Positions 17,141 to 27,153 of a stretch of DNA of 64,000 nucleotides are shown here, piece by piece. The notes under the pieces are model-generated. The model was not told the DNA's origin, did no database searches, and was given only the letters and a program-made list of their open reading frames with translations. Within the stretch, counting starts at the first letter, position 1, and every line of letters begins with the position of its first letter. Origin of the DNA: Candidatus Fermentibacteraceae bacterium (GTDB lineage: Bacteria; Fermentibacterota; Fermentibacteria; Fermentibacterales; JCC-6); assembly GCA_041750285.1 (NCBI GenBank), contig JBGSZS010000004.1, positions 288,001 through 352,000 of the forward strand, written 5' to 3'. The translations under genes and the position numbers were made by a program.

Positions 17141-18243
17141 TTTTCCACCTCCGCTTCTATCTCGGTCGGCGATATGAGCCTTCCGATGCCGTTCACGCCT
17201 GACACGCCCTTCCTTCCGTTCTTCCCGAAGAGTATCTCCCTGTACTGGCCGCCCTGGTTCTCCTCGGCGATTATCACCCGGGAGTAGCCTTCCATGATCT
17301 TCAGGTAATCCGGCGGGACCGGGAACAAAGTCTTCGCGATAATTAGCGAGACGGGCTTCCCCTTCTTCGCAAGCGACGCCGCCGCCTCACGGGCGGCTGC
17401 GGCGGTGATGCCGAACGAGAAGATCAGTGTGTCCGGGTTGCGCTTGTCGTACTCGTATCGGGTGTACTCGTGAAGGTTGTGTTCCGTCTTGAAACGCAGC
17501 CTCCTGGTATTCTCCAGGGCCCCGGGGGTCGAGTGCTGGAGGCTGGCGTTACTCTCGTGGGTGCTTGCGGTGAGCCTGACCTGGTGTTCGATCCCCCCCA
17601 CCGGAAGGAACGGCGGCACACCGTCCGGACCGGCAGCGTAGGGCAGGTACGGTTCCGGGCCGCTGTAGTACTCGCGCTTAACCCTCTCCACCGGGCTGAC
17701 CCGGGAGAGGTCGTAGCTCTGAAGGGTCATCACCATCTCCTTGGAGGAGAGAAGGAAGACGGGACACCGGAGCCTGAGGGCGAGCTTCACTGCCTCGGCT
17801 GAGAGGTTGTAGCAGTCGTCGAGGTCGGAGGGGCACAGCGTGGGCACGGGCTGCCCGCCGGAGTTGATGCCGTGAAGCAGCGACAGGTCACCCTGGGCGC
17901 CGCAGGTGGCGGTTCCGGTGGCGGGGCCAAGCCTTTGAACCAGCATGATGACCATGGGAAGCTCCATCATGAAGGCCATCCCGATCGATTCGATCATCAG
18001 TGCCAGGCCGGGGTAGGAAGTGGCGGTGACCGGGAACCGGCCGGCGGCCGAGAACCCGCTCATCCACTGAAGCGTGGTGATCTCGTCAGGCGCCGGAAGG
18101 ACAATGGGGAAACGCCTGCTGGAGTAGGCGTAGAGAAGGTTCGCCGGGGTTATGGGGTACCCCACGAACACCTCGGCGCCGGCCTGCACCGCCGCTTCGA
18201 TCATGAGCCTGGAGCCGTCTATGAAGGCCGTCTGCTTCCCCAT
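17137..18243 (-). CDS. 2-oxoacid:ferredoxin oxidoreductase alpha subunit
   Basis: GYPITP, DEI, TATSYPGL, QRLGPATG, EEN motifs. Confidence 0.9.
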   Translation of the reverse strand: MGKQTAFIDGSRLMIEAAVQAGAEVFVGYPITPANLLYAYSSRRFPIVLPAPDEITTLQWMSGFSAAGRFPVTATSYPGLALMIESIGMAFMMELPMVIMLVQRLGPATGTATCGAQGDLSLLHGINSGGQPVPTLCPSDLDDCYNLSAEAVKLALRLRCPVFLLSSKEMVMTLQSYDLSRVSPVERVKREYYSGPEPYLPYAAGPDGVPPFLPVGGIEHQVRLTASTHESNASLQHSTPGALENTRRLRFKTEHNLHEYTRYEYDKRNPDTLIFSFGITAAAAREAAASLAKKGKPVSLIIAKTLFPVPPDYLKIMEGYSRVIIAEENQGGQYREILFGKNGRKGVSGVNGIGRLISPTEIEAEVEK

Positions 18244-18244
18244 G

Positions 18245-19669
18245 TCACGCCTTCCTCCTGAACAGCCTGTCACCCAGCGAGGAGAGAAGGATGACGACAA
18301 GCGTGGTGATCACGGCGCCGTAGGTCTTGTCCATCTCGAACCATCCCCGCTGCTGGGCGAGCATCGTGAAGAAAATGGCAATCGTTCCGATGATGAACGA
18401 GAGCTTGACGCCCAGCGGGGTGACCAGCTTGCGGGAATAGAGGCCCGTTACGATCACGATGGCCCCTATGGCCCTGATGGCGTAGGAGATGTACGCAGTG
18501 TCAAGCACCGCGCCCTTGAGGAAGATGGCCATGGGAACCGTGAGGACGCTCACGAGGATGACGAGCTTCCGGGCCGTGGAGATGATCTTCGCGTCATCGG
18601 CCTTCTTGTTGATGATGCCGTGGTAGATGTCCTTAGCGGCTATCGTCACCACGGCGAAGTTCACCGGGCCAACCGTGGAGAGGATGGCAGCAAGGACACC
18701 CGCCAGGGCCAACCCGCCAAGCACGGGGTGGATGAAGGCGGGGGTCTGAAGAAGGGTGGGAAGCGCAGTCTTGGCAGTCACTTCAACACCCTCGGGGATG
18801 AAAAGCCCGGTCCGGGCGTAAAGGCCCAGGAATGCAGTCATCACGCCGAATGGCGCAACGATGAGACCCGCGAGCATGGAAGCCTTCCGTGCCGTCTTGA
18901 CGTCCTTGGCGGCGAACACGGGCTGTATGCTTGCCTGGGCAGCCATGCCGCCCAGAAGCCCGCCCACCAGAAGCGCTACTGCGGCGTTGGTGCCGGCGCT
19001 GAAGGGGTTGTAAAGGTTGTGGGGGGCGCCGAGGGAGATCAGCGTATCGGAGAGCCCCGAGAAGCCCCCGACCTTGCCCAGTCCGATGAAGAAGGCTATC
19101 CCGAGCCCCACGAACATCGTGACCAGGTACAGGATGCCGGTTATGGCGAGTGCGTGCATGCCGCCCATGTAGGTGTAGATCATGATAAGGCCCGCCGAGA
19201 TCACCACGGCCCAGTTCCAGCTGACCCCGAAAAGGGGCGCCATGACACTGGCGCAGGTCTGGAGCTGAACGTAGGCGAGGGTGATGTAGGCGATGAGGAA
19301 GGCCACTGCGCTGATCGAGCGCGCCTGGCTTCCGAAGAGGGTCTCGATCATCTCGCTGACGGTGTGGACGTCCTTCCGGCGGTAGTGGGCCGCCACGGTG
19401 AACCCTATAACCACCATGCCTATGGCCGTTGAGATGTTGTAGAAGATGGGCTGCAGTGAAAGGGTGTTGAACGCCCTCTCGCTGACGCCGATGGTGCTCA
19501 TCCCCCCAAGCCATTCGGCAGCCACCACCACGGCGCAGACCATGGTGCCGAGGTTCCTTCCCGCAACCAGGTAATCGCTTGCGGACTTGCTGGCAACCTT
19601 CCGGGTGAGAAGGCCCATGCCCACCACCAGGACGAAATAGCCAAGGATGATCATGGCATAGATGTTCAT
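18245..19669 (-). CDS. Sodium:solute symporter family protein
   Basis: DYLVAGRNLG, YTYMGGM, LAAILST; about 13 TM segments. Confidence 0.9.
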   Translation of the reverse strand: MNIYAMIILGYFVLVVGMGLLTRKVASKSASDYLVAGRNLGTMVCAVVVAAEWLGGMSTIGVSERAFNTLSLQPIFYNISTAIGMVVIGFTVAAHYRRKDVHTVSEMIETLFGSQARSISAVAFLIAYITLAYVQLQTCASVMAPLFGVSWNWAVVISAGLIMIYTYMGGMHALAITGILYLVTMFVGLGIAFFIGLGKVGGFSGLSDTLISLGAPHNLYNPFSAGTNAAVALLVGGLLGGMAAQASIQPVFAAKDVKTARKASMLAGLIVAPFGVMTAFLGLYARTGLFIPEGVEVTAKTALPTLLQTPAFIHPVLGGLALAGVLAAILSTVGPVNFAVVTIAAKDIYHGIINKKADDAKIISTARKLVILVSVLTVPMAIFLKGAVLDTAYISYAIRAIGAIVIVTGLYSRKLVTPLGVKLSFIIGTIAIFFTMLAQQRGWFEMDKTYGAVITTLVVILLSSLGDRLFRRKA

Positions 19670-19701
19670 TTGCCCCGCCTTGCTGTGTTAAAAAACGAAC
19701 A

Positions 19702-20631
19702 TTAGTTCCGTGAAAGTGTTCTTCCTTCGGCAATGGCCCTTGCCATTGCCATTGAGTTCAAGCGGTTCCTGCCGTCGTCGGAACGTGAGTTAAGAACCGC
19801 AGGAACCCTGGCCCCGAAAACCAGCCCGCCCCATGAGGCCCCGCCGTGGAACTTGTAGCTTTTGCCCAGCGAGTTGGCGGTCTCGAGGTTGGGGGCCAGA
19901 ATCATGTCGGGCATCCCGCAGACGGCTGAGCCGGACATGCCCTTGGTTGCGGCGCACTCGGAGGAGATCAGGGCGTCGTAACCGAGCGGACCCTCGACCG
20001 TAAAGCCCTTGAGCTGCCCACGGAGGGACATCACCGAAAGGGCTGCGGCGTCGACCGTAGCCTGCATCTTGGGGTTCACCGTCTCGACGGCGGCCAGTGC
20101 CGCCACCAGTACGGGTTTCACACCCAGTGCGTTCCAGAGGGGTCTTGTGTTCTCGATGACCGCCGCCTTCTCGGCAAGGGTGGGAAGGATGAGGATGGCG
20201 TTGTCGGTCATGGCCAGAAGCTTGGGGTACGAGGGCATCTCGAAAAGGCTGAGATTCGAGAGGACGGAAGAAGCCCTGATGCCGTTCTCCGAATCGAGGA
20301 TGGCCTTGATGTACGCCTCGGACTTCACGCTGCCCTTCACGAGGATGAGCGCTCCGTCATCACGAACCGCCCTCACCGCGAGGGCGCTCATCTGCTGGTC
20401 GGTTGCAGCGGGGATGATCTCGTACATCGAAGGGTCGTCACCCGAGAGGGCAACGGCCTTCGAAACGGCGTCACCGGGACCGGTGAGGAAGCACTTGCCG
20501 ATGAACCCCAGTTCGTGGCCCTCACGAAGGCTTGCCATCACGCGGTCATCCGCGGCGCCGGCCACGGCAACGGGCACCGGGGGAAGCCCCGAAACGGCGT
20601 CTATCAACTCCTGAAAGCTGCTGATGCTCAT
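19702..20631 (-). CDS. ptb: Phosphate butyryltransferase / acyltransferase
   Basis: LVKG, AAVETVNPKMQATVDAA, VEGPL..D, PNLETANSLGK, SRSD. Confidence 0.88.
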   Translation of the reverse strand: MSISSFQELIDAVSGLPPVPVAVAGAADDRVMASLREGHELGFIGKCFLTGPGDAVSKAVALSGDDPSMYEIIPAATDQQMSALAVRAVRDDGALILVKGSVKSEAYIKAILDSENGIRASSVLSNLSLFEMPSYPKLLAMTDNAILILPTLAEKAAVIENTRPLWNALGVKPVLVAALAAVETVNPKMQATVDAAALSVMSLRGQLKGFTVEGPLGYDALISSECAATKGMSGSAVCGMPDMILAPNLETANSLGKSYKFHGGASWGGLVFGARVPAVLNSRSDDGRNRLNSMAMARAIAEGRTLSRN

Positions 20632-20647
20632 CTTTCCTCCAAAAGAA

Positions 20648-21814
20648 TCACCCGGTCACCGGGCTGAAGATTCCCTGCGGGTCCCTGAACGGATGAAGCG
20701 GGTCTATCTCCCGTTCGGACAGGATGCACCCCGGCCACGAGAGGGGAGCCTCGGTTCCCCGCAGCACCCTCTGGATGCTTGCGGCGATGGCCTCGTTCTC
20801 GTTCTCGCCCGGGTAAAGGTAAACGGGCGCCACCCTTCCGCACTTGCGAACGATCTCAGAGGAGAGGTGCGCGGCATTCGCCACGCCACCGGTGACCACT
20901 ATCCCGTGAAGGTCGAAATCCAGCACCGAGGCCATGGCCCCTATCTCCTTCACGATCTGGTAGATCATGGCGTCGTAGATGAACGCGGCGAAGGAATCGC
21001 CCGATTCCGCGCGGCGAACCATCTCCCTGATGTTCTTGGTTCCCAGGTAGGCGTAGACGCCGCCTGCGCCGTAGAGCTTCCTGTAGAGCTGGTCGCGGGT
21101 GTACCGCCCCGAGAAGCACGCCTCGAGCAGAGGAATGGGGGGTATGCCGCCGGCCCTCTCCGGGGTGAACGGAGCTCCCTCCATCCTGTTGTCGCTGTCG
21201 ATGATCCTTCCGCCCACGACAGGGGCTATCGAATAGCCGCCGCCCAGATGGCAGGCCACGCACCTGATCTCTTCGAAATCAAGGGAAAGCTCCCTGGCCA
21301 GCTTGCGCACCGTGGCCCTGATGTTCAGGGCGTGAACGAAGGAAAACCGGGGGAAGTCGGGCGCCCCCGAGATGCGTGCGATGGGGGCCATCTCGTCAAC
21401 ACCCACTGGGTCGACGACGAATGACGGCACACCAAGGGTTCCGGCCAGGCGGAACGAAAGCGGTGCGCCAAGGTTGGACGCGTGCTGGTAAACCGGCGTG
21501 TGAAGGCTGAAGTCCGCAAGCTCGTCGTTAAGGGCGATGACACCGCTTGGAACCGGGGGAAGCATGCCCCCCAGGGCGCCGACTGCCGAAACGACGGCTC
21601 CGGGTGGAAGGTTTTCGGTGAAGAAGCGCCTGACCAGCTCTTCGCGGTAGTCGACCTGAGCGCTGATGGAGCTGAACCGGTGGACCATGTCATCGGGGTG
21701 CTCGATGGTGCTGGACACCACGTGACAGGGTTCGAGGGCACCCTCATCCCGGTAGACCGAACACTTGGTCGTGGTTGAGCCGGTGTTCATAACGAGTATC
21801 AATTCGCCGGTCAC
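20648..21814 (-). CDS. buk: Butyrate kinase
   Basis: MNTGSTTTK, HASNLG, VDPV, HALN, CHLGGG, ERAG, YPGENE; GTG start after GGAGG. Confidence 0.93.
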   Translation of the reverse strand: MTGELILVMNTGSTTTKCSVYRDEGALEPCHVVSSTIEHPDDMVHRFSSISAQVDYREELVRRFFTENLPPGAVVSAVGALGGMLPPVPSGVIALNDELADFSLHTPVYQHASNLGAPLSFRLAGTLGVPSFVVDPVGVDEMAPIARISGAPDFPRFSFVHALNIRATVRKLARELSLDFEEIRCVACHLGGGYSIAPVVGGRIIDSDNRMEGAPFTPERAGGIPPIPLLEACFSGRYTRDQLYRKLYGAGGVYAYLGTKNIREMVRRAESGDSFAAFIYDAMIYQIVKEIGAMASVLDFDLHGIVVTGGVANAAHLSSEIVRKCGRVAPVYLYPGENENEAIAASIQRVLRGTEAPLSWPGCILSEREIDPLHPFRDPQGIFSPVTG

Positions 21815-21946
21815 CGATACCTCCCGACACCGCCAAATGGCGAAAAAATGCTGTTGCGGCTGAAAAAGTGGAATTTTTGAATGGCGGTAATATGTTAGTT
21901 CACAGGCCGGGAAGCATTCCCGAACCGGAAATGAAAGGAAAAGGCA

Positions 21947-22906
21947 ATGATCGACCGCAGCGACATAAGGGAAGAACTGAAGAACTGTCTGGTGGAAACC
22001 ACAGCTCTGGGACTCCCCAACGGCCGCAAGGGCAAGGTCCGTGACATCTACGACCTTGGCGACAGGCTCCTCCTGATAACTACGGACAGGCAGAGCGCGT
22101 TTGACAGGGTGCTGGCGGCCGTACCCTTCAAGGGACAGGTCCTGAACATGGTGAGCGCGTGGTGGTTCGAGCGCACCAGGCACATCGTCCAGAACCATGT
22201 CATCAAAATCCCCCACCCCAACGCCACGCTGGCGAAAAAGCTCGATGTCTTCCCGGTGGAGTTCGTCATGAGGGGCTACCTCACGGGAAGTACGAGCACC
22301 AGCGCCTGGACCCTCTACAACAACGGGGAACGGAACCTCGGAGGCAACATCCTTCCCGACGGCATGAGGAAGAACCAGAGGTTCCCCGAACCCATAATCA
22401 CCCCCACAACGAAGAGCGACGTGCACGACGAGTCCATCACCCCCGAAGGGATACTGGAAACCGGCCTGATGAGCCGGGAGGACTGGGAGAAGGCTTCGGG
22501 CATCGCCTTCAGCCTCTTCCGCTTCGGCATGGAAACCGCACGGAGGAACGGCCTTATCCTGGTCGACACCAAGTACGAGATGGGAAAGACCGAAAGCGGC
22601 GAGATCGTCCTCATCGACGAGATCCACACGCCTGACAGCTCAAGGTACTGGCTTGCCGAAGGCTACGAAGAGCGCTTCGAGAAGGGGCTCGATCCCGAGA
22701 ACATCGACAAGGAGTTCCTCAGGCTCTGGTTCCGCGACAACTGCGACCCCTACAACGACGCCGTTCTCCCCGAAGCCCCCGAGGAACTCGTCGTCGAGCT
22801 TTCCTCACGGTACATCAAGCTCTTCGAGATGATAACCGGCAACGAGTTCAAACCCATGAAGGGGAACCTTATCGAGAGCCTTGGAGAGGCCGTGAAGACT
22901 ATCTGA
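21947..22906 (+). CDS. purC: SAICAR synthetase
   Basis: GKVRDIY, TDRQSAFD, RGYLTGS, TPTTK, LVDTKYE, DEIHTPDSSRYW, DKEFLR. Confidence 0.96.
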   Translation: MIDRSDIREELKNCLVETTALGLPNGRKGKVRDIYDLGDRLLLITTDRQSAFDRVLAAVPFKGQVLNMVSAWWFERTRHIVQNHVIKIPHPNATLAKKLDVFPVEFVMRGYLTGSTSTSAWTLYNNGERNLGGNILPDGMRKNQRFPEPIITPTTKSDVHDESITPEGILETGLMSREDWEKASGIAFSLFRFGMETARRNGLILVDTKYEMGKTESGEIVLIDEIHTPDSSRYWLAEGYEERFEKGLDPENIDKEFLRLWFRDNCDPYNDAVLPEAPEELVVELSSRYIKLFEMITGNEFKPMKGNLIESLGEAVKTI

Positions 22907-24236
22907 GGAAGACAACCCTCTCCGAAGCCCTTACCTCTCCGGCTGACAGCACGACGATGTACTGGCCCGAGGGCAGTGAAGACTCGGGCCACCAGACAAG
23001 CGTGTGGTCACCTGCAGCGAGGTGACCCGGCCGGATTGCTGACACGACCCTTCCCGACATGTCGAACACCGTAAGCCCTGCGTTCGAATCACCGGGCAGC
23101 GTGAAGGAAATGACAAGGCTGCCCGTGAAGGGCGTCGGGCTGACCCTGAGGGCCGAAGGGGCTGCGAAGGGACCGCCCCACCCAACCCCCGAGGGCTGGT
23201 CGTTGTGGGCGTATTGCACTCCTTCGTAACAGAAGACGATGTGAGGCGTTGTCTGCTGGTCTATGGCCAGGTCCGGATCACCGCTGTTCCAGCTCGAGGA
23301 GACGGGGTGTACGAACTCGGTCTGCCAGCCGCCGCCCTGGTTCACGGAATACATCAGGGAGTCACCCCCGGCGCAGCAGTGGGCTATGTGAGGGTATCCA
23401 TACTGGTCGAGAGCCAGTGATGTTCCGTAGGTGTGTATTCCCGTATCGGTTGCGTATACGGTCTGGATGGTCCAGGCCGAGCCGTCGTATTCAGCGTACC
23501 TGACCTCGCCGTCGGCGCTGTAAGACACTCTGGGGTGACCGTTACCGTCAATTGCCAGGCTTGTTCCGATGGGTTCTGAACTCATTGAAGAGTCGATGGT
23601 GTATGTCTCCCAGGACCCGGCGCCTTCACGGCGTGCATACCGGACTGCATTGTCCGGTTCGAAACCGCAGTACGCTATGTGCACGTTGCCGCTCTGATCA
23701 ATGGCCATTGAGTTGCATGCTCCGGCATCGATGGACTGGTCCACTATCTGCTGGGTCCATGCAGAGCCGTTCCACGAGACGAAGTAAAGCTTCTCCTGGC
23801 TGGAATACCATGCGATGCATGGGTACCCTTCGGGGGTCAGGGCGATGGATGTCCAACTGCCGTAAAACGCGTACGAGAAGTACTCGACTGTCCAGCTTCT
23901 TTCTTCGGGGTTCATGACAGCGTAGCAGATGACTCCACTACCCCCCGCGAAGGAAACGTGCGGCACACCCTGCTGGTCGAACGCCAGTCCGGTATAGCCG
24001 CAACCTCCGTAAGGGGACTGGTAGATGTTCTCCTCGCTCCAGGAAGTACCGTCAAAGGTTGCGTACTTGATGTAGGGATCCCTTGCGTAGACAACGCTGG
24101 GATCGCCATTGCTGTCGATGGCAATGGATGGTGTGACACCACTTGTGTTGACCGTGCGGAAAGACCACTCCGCCCTGGCCTGGAAAGCGGCACCCGAGAG
24201 AAGGACCACCAGCAGAATTGCTCTGAACACGGCCAT
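22899..24236 (-). CDS. Secreted beta-propeller repeat protein with T9SS-like C-terminal domain
   Basis: Signal peptide; repeated SIAID.xG.PHI units; C-terminal DMSGRVV..SGQYIVVL. Confidence 0.8.
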   Translation of the reverse strand: MAVFRAILLVVLLSGAAFQARAEWSFRTVNTSGVTPSIAIDSNGDPSVVYARDPYIKYATFDGTSWSEENIYQSPYGGCGYTGLAFDQQGVPHVSFAGGSGVICYAVMNPEERSWTVEYFSYAFYGSWTSIALTPEGYPCIAWYSSQEKLYFVSWNGSAWTQQIVDQSIDAGACNSMAIDQSGNVHIAYCGFEPDNAVRYARREGAGSWETYTIDSSMSSEPIGTSLAIDGNGHPRVSYSADGEVRYAEYDGSAWTIQTVYATDTGIHTYGTSLALDQYGYPHIAHCCAGGDSLMYSVNQGGGWQTEFVHPVSSSWNSGDPDLAIDQQTTPHIVFCYEGVQYAHNDQPSGVGWGGPFAAPSALRVSPTPFTGSLVISFTLPGDSNAGLTVFDMSGRVVSAIRPGHLAAGDHTLVWWPESSLPSGQYIVVLSAGEVRASERVVFLR

Positions 24237-24287
24237 GACCTCCCTGTCGGACGAATGGTGCAAACAATTATACGCTTATCTCTCGTT

Positions 24288-24316
24288 ACCATAGCCGCCT
24301 TGCGCAATGGGGTCAA
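24288..24316 (-). promoter_or_regulatory. Sigma70-like promoter
   Basis: TTGACC-17 nt-TATGGT about 50 nt upstream of ATG 24236. Confidence 0.55.
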
Positions 24317-24458
24317 GACATTCAGGCGAAGCAGGGAACCGCAGTGAACTGCTTGCCCGTACGGGCTGCATTGCATATAACGTGCGGATGGCTTTCGCGA
24401 ACCGCGCCCTTGCCAGGAGCATTGCTGAAAAGGTAATCCGAGTTTGACAACGAAAAGT

Positions 24459-25946
24459 ATGGTTCACATCTCATGGGTGTTTCCCGTTCTGCTCACGGCC
24501 CTGCTTGGCTTGTCGGTCCTTGGGCAGGAACCATTCCTTGGGGCGCAGGATGATGCCTTCTTCTACTTCCGCATTGCCGGGAACGTCGTGCAGAGAGGCT
24601 TCTTCTCCTTCGACGGACTGACGCCGACGAACGGTTTCCACCCGCTCTGGATGGGTCTTCTCGCAGCGCTTCGATACCTTTGTCCCGATCCTCTTGGTTA
24701 CCTGTCCCTTGCGGCTGTTCTTTCCATCATGCTTCTGGGTCTTTGCGGCGCACGATTCGCTGTTTTTGCGCGTGGGAGGTATTCAGCGCCAGTGCAGCTT
24801 GTCATCCTTCTGCTGCTCCTTCGTTACTTGAGGGATTTTTCGCTCATGTGCATGGAGACATCCGTCCTGCTGCCCGCAGCGTTCCTGCTTCTGATCTCGT
24901 TCGACCGTCTGAAGGGGGATTCTGGCAGCGGGCGGTTGTGGACCCTGGGCGTTCTTGTCGCCCTCACGACGGCATCAAGGCTTGATTCAGCACTGTTGTG
25001 CGCAATTCTCGCCGTTTCGGCAGTTGCAACATGCGGCAGAAGGGCTTTGTTGCCCATTCTGCTGCCGGGTGCTGTCCTGCTTCTGGGATACGCTGCTCTG
25101 AACCATTCCTTCATGGGAACGCCGGCTACAGTATCGGGAATGATGAAGGCGTCGGGATTCGGCTTCAACCGGCTCTTCGCGGCGCAGCTCTTTCAACCAG
25201 TAGACCCCCTTGGTGTACGGAACCCCTGGGCGCTCTATCTTCTCTTCCTGCTGCTTGCCTTTCCGGTGTCATTCATGAGAACCATGCCTTCCACGGCCAG
25301 GGTTTCAGGCGTGTTCCTCATATCATTCACCATGTGTCAGCTCTTTCTGTCCCAGTGGCGACTCTGGCACTGGTACGCCTACCCGGCTGTTCTCTTCACT
25401 GCGTTTGGATTGCCCCATATACTGCAAGGCATCTACAGCAGGGTCGTGCATTCAGACGGAATCGAGGCTGGCCTGACGGCCGTACTTCTCGTTGTTCTTT
25501 GCGGCGCGTGCATTTTATGGGGGGGGGGGTATGGTAATGTTGGTTCGGATGACTTCCGGCACAGGAACATGCTGATTGCACTCGAACTGAACGAAACCCT
25601 CCCGGACACAACTGTTGTTGCAATGGGAGACAGGGCCGGCAGCTTCGCGTACTTCTTCCACGGACATGTGGTTCAGGCCGAGGGACTGGCGGGCGGTACC
25701 CAACTCGTTTCCGCAGTCAGGTCGGGAACACTGCATCGTTATCTTCACCGGATGGGAACCGACTACATCCTGAGCTGGACGGGACCTCACCTGGTTGATA
25801 CCTACGATCTTTGGACCCTCGCGATTCCGGACGGGGCGCAGTGCACGGCATTCAACAACACGATCACTGTTCAGGGCACCGACGAGGTCGCCCGCTGGCC
25901 TGGCAACGAAGAGTCGGCCTTCCTCTGGAGCTTCAGTGAGAACTGA
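24459..25946 (+). CDS. Polytopic membrane protein, GT-C-like glycosyltransferase
   Basis: DDAFFYFRIA..N, TNGFHPLW, MET, RLD; many TM segments. Confidence 0.7.
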   Translation: MVHISWVFPVLLTALLGLSVLGQEPFLGAQDDAFFYFRIAGNVVQRGFFSFDGLTPTNGFHPLWMGLLAALRYLCPDPLGYLSLAAVLSIMLLGLCGARFAVFARGRYSAPVQLVILLLLLRYLRDFSLMCMETSVLLPAAFLLLISFDRLKGDSGSGRLWTLGVLVALTTASRLDSALLCAILAVSAVATCGRRALLPILLPGAVLLLGYAALNHSFMGTPATVSGMMKASGFGFNRLFAAQLFQPVDPLGVRNPWALYLLFLLLAFPVSFMRTMPSTARVSGVFLISFTMCQLFLSQWRLWHWYAYPAVLFTAFGLPHILQGIYSRVVHSDGIEAGLTAVLLVVLCGACILWGGGYGNVGSDDFRHRNMLIALELNETLPDTTVVAMGDRAGSFAYFFHGHVVQAEGLAGGTQLVSAVRSGTLHRYLHRMGTDYILSWTGPHLVDTYDLWTLAIPDGAQCTAFNNTITVQGTDEVARWPGNEESAFLWSFSEN

Positions 25947-27141
25947 GTGGTTTCGTCCGCTTCTTGTGTGCGTCCTTCTTGCTCCCGCCCTGCTTCTCTT
26001 CGCCGACACCCTTTCGTACGGCTTCATGTCCGACGATTTCTATCTTGTTCACAGGGTCTCGAGCGGGGGGTTCTTCTGCGCGTGGGGCGGAGAGGGCGCC
26101 GACATGTATGTAAGACCTCTCACCGTCCTCACATACTTCACCGACAACATGATCTACGGCCTCAACCCTTTGGGCTGGCACCTGACCAACGTGCTCTGGC
26201 ACCTTGCGTGTTCGTTGCTCGTATTCCTGCTGGCCAGGGTTTTGCTGAAGGACGGCACGGCGGCATTCAGCGCCGGTTACCTGTTCCTCCTGCTTGCGTG
26301 CCACTCCGAATCGGTGGCCTGGGTGTCGGGCAGGACCGATCTTCTGGCAACGGCGTTCTGCCTGGGGTCGATCCTTGCCTTTTTGCGGAAGAGCCCGTGG
26401 GCGCCCGTTCTTTATGCTTTCGGCCTGCTTGCGAAGGAAAGTGTTCTGGTAACACCCCTTCTGTGGCTCGTTCTCGTCGTGAAAACACCGGACTGGGATT
26501 CCCGGGCGAAACGCCTCGTTGTGACCGGCCTTGCTTTGGCCCTTGTTTACATCGTTGTCAGGATCGTTCTGTCCGGGGGAGTGCCTTCCGGTGCAGGCGA
26601 GGTCTCATTCTCCGTGGCGGCCGAAAGCATTGCGCGGTACATGTTCAGGGTGTTCGTTCCGCCGCTCTCCGAGGCAGCCCGGCCCTTCCTTGCCCGGAAC
26701 CCCCTTGCGCTGCCGCTTCTTCTGCTCGTCACGACTGCGGTCACACTGCTCTTCGCCCTTCGCAGGAGCTTCGACCGAAGGACGTTCGCCGTCCTGGCCG
26801 CGGGGTTCTTCGTGTCACTCCTGCCGGTTCTCTTCATGAGGGTGTCGTTGCTCGACACGCGTTCGGAACGGTTTCTCTACCTGCCCGGGGTTTTTGCGGT
26901 CATGGCCCTTGTGAACTGGGTCGTCCAGGTCTTCGGGAAACGGACCGCCCTGGTCGTGCTGACTGCCCTGGCGCTCCTTCAGGGAGCCTTCCTCCACCGT
27001 TCCAACACGAACTGGAGAAGGGCGGGCGAAATGTGCGCGGAGCTTATCCGCGAACCGGTCGCCTCCCCGCCCGAAACCTTCCGGGGCGCGTACGTGTTCA
27101 TGAACGGTTACGAAGAGGCGCTTCTGCTGTTCGGGGAGTGA
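25936..27141 (+). CDS. GT-C-like membrane glycosyltransferase (TMTC/PMT-like)
   Basis: GFMSDD, YVRPL, HLTNVLWH, HSESVAWVSGR, AKE, ERFLYLP; GTG start overlapping the upstream gene. Confidence 0.75.
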   Translation: MRTEWFRPLLVCVLLAPALLLFADTLSYGFMSDDFYLVHRVSSGGFFCAWGGEGADMYVRPLTVLTYFTDNMIYGLNPLGWHLTNVLWHLACSLLVFLLARVLLKDGTAAFSAGYLFLLLACHSESVAWVSGRTDLLATAFCLGSILAFLRKSPWAPVLYAFGLLAKESVLVTPLLWLVLVVKTPDWDSRAKRLVVTGLALALVYIVVRIVLSGGVPSGAGEVSFSVAAESIARYMFRVFVPPLSEAARPFLARNPLALPLLLLVTTAVTLLFALRRSFDRRTFAVLAAGFFVSLLPVLFMRVSLLDTRSERFLYLPGVFAVMALVNWVVQVFGKRTALVVLTALALLQGAFLHRSNTNWRRAGEMCAELIREPVASPPETFRGAYVFMNGYEEALLLFGE

Positions 27142-27153
27142 CGGGACCCTGAC

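Noticed and set aside
21900..21946. Possible purine-related riboswitch before purC
   Set aside because: Only a short hairpin (CGGGAA-GCA-TTCCCG); too short, with no recognisable aptamer
21815..22627. Apparent 270-aa N-terminal extension of butyrate kinase
   Set aside because: Antisense to purC; the real start is GTG 21814 with a GGAGG SD
24309..24319. GGGGTCAAGAC as another copy of the repeat end
   Set aside because: Different length and sequence; explained by the -35 TTGACC of a promoter
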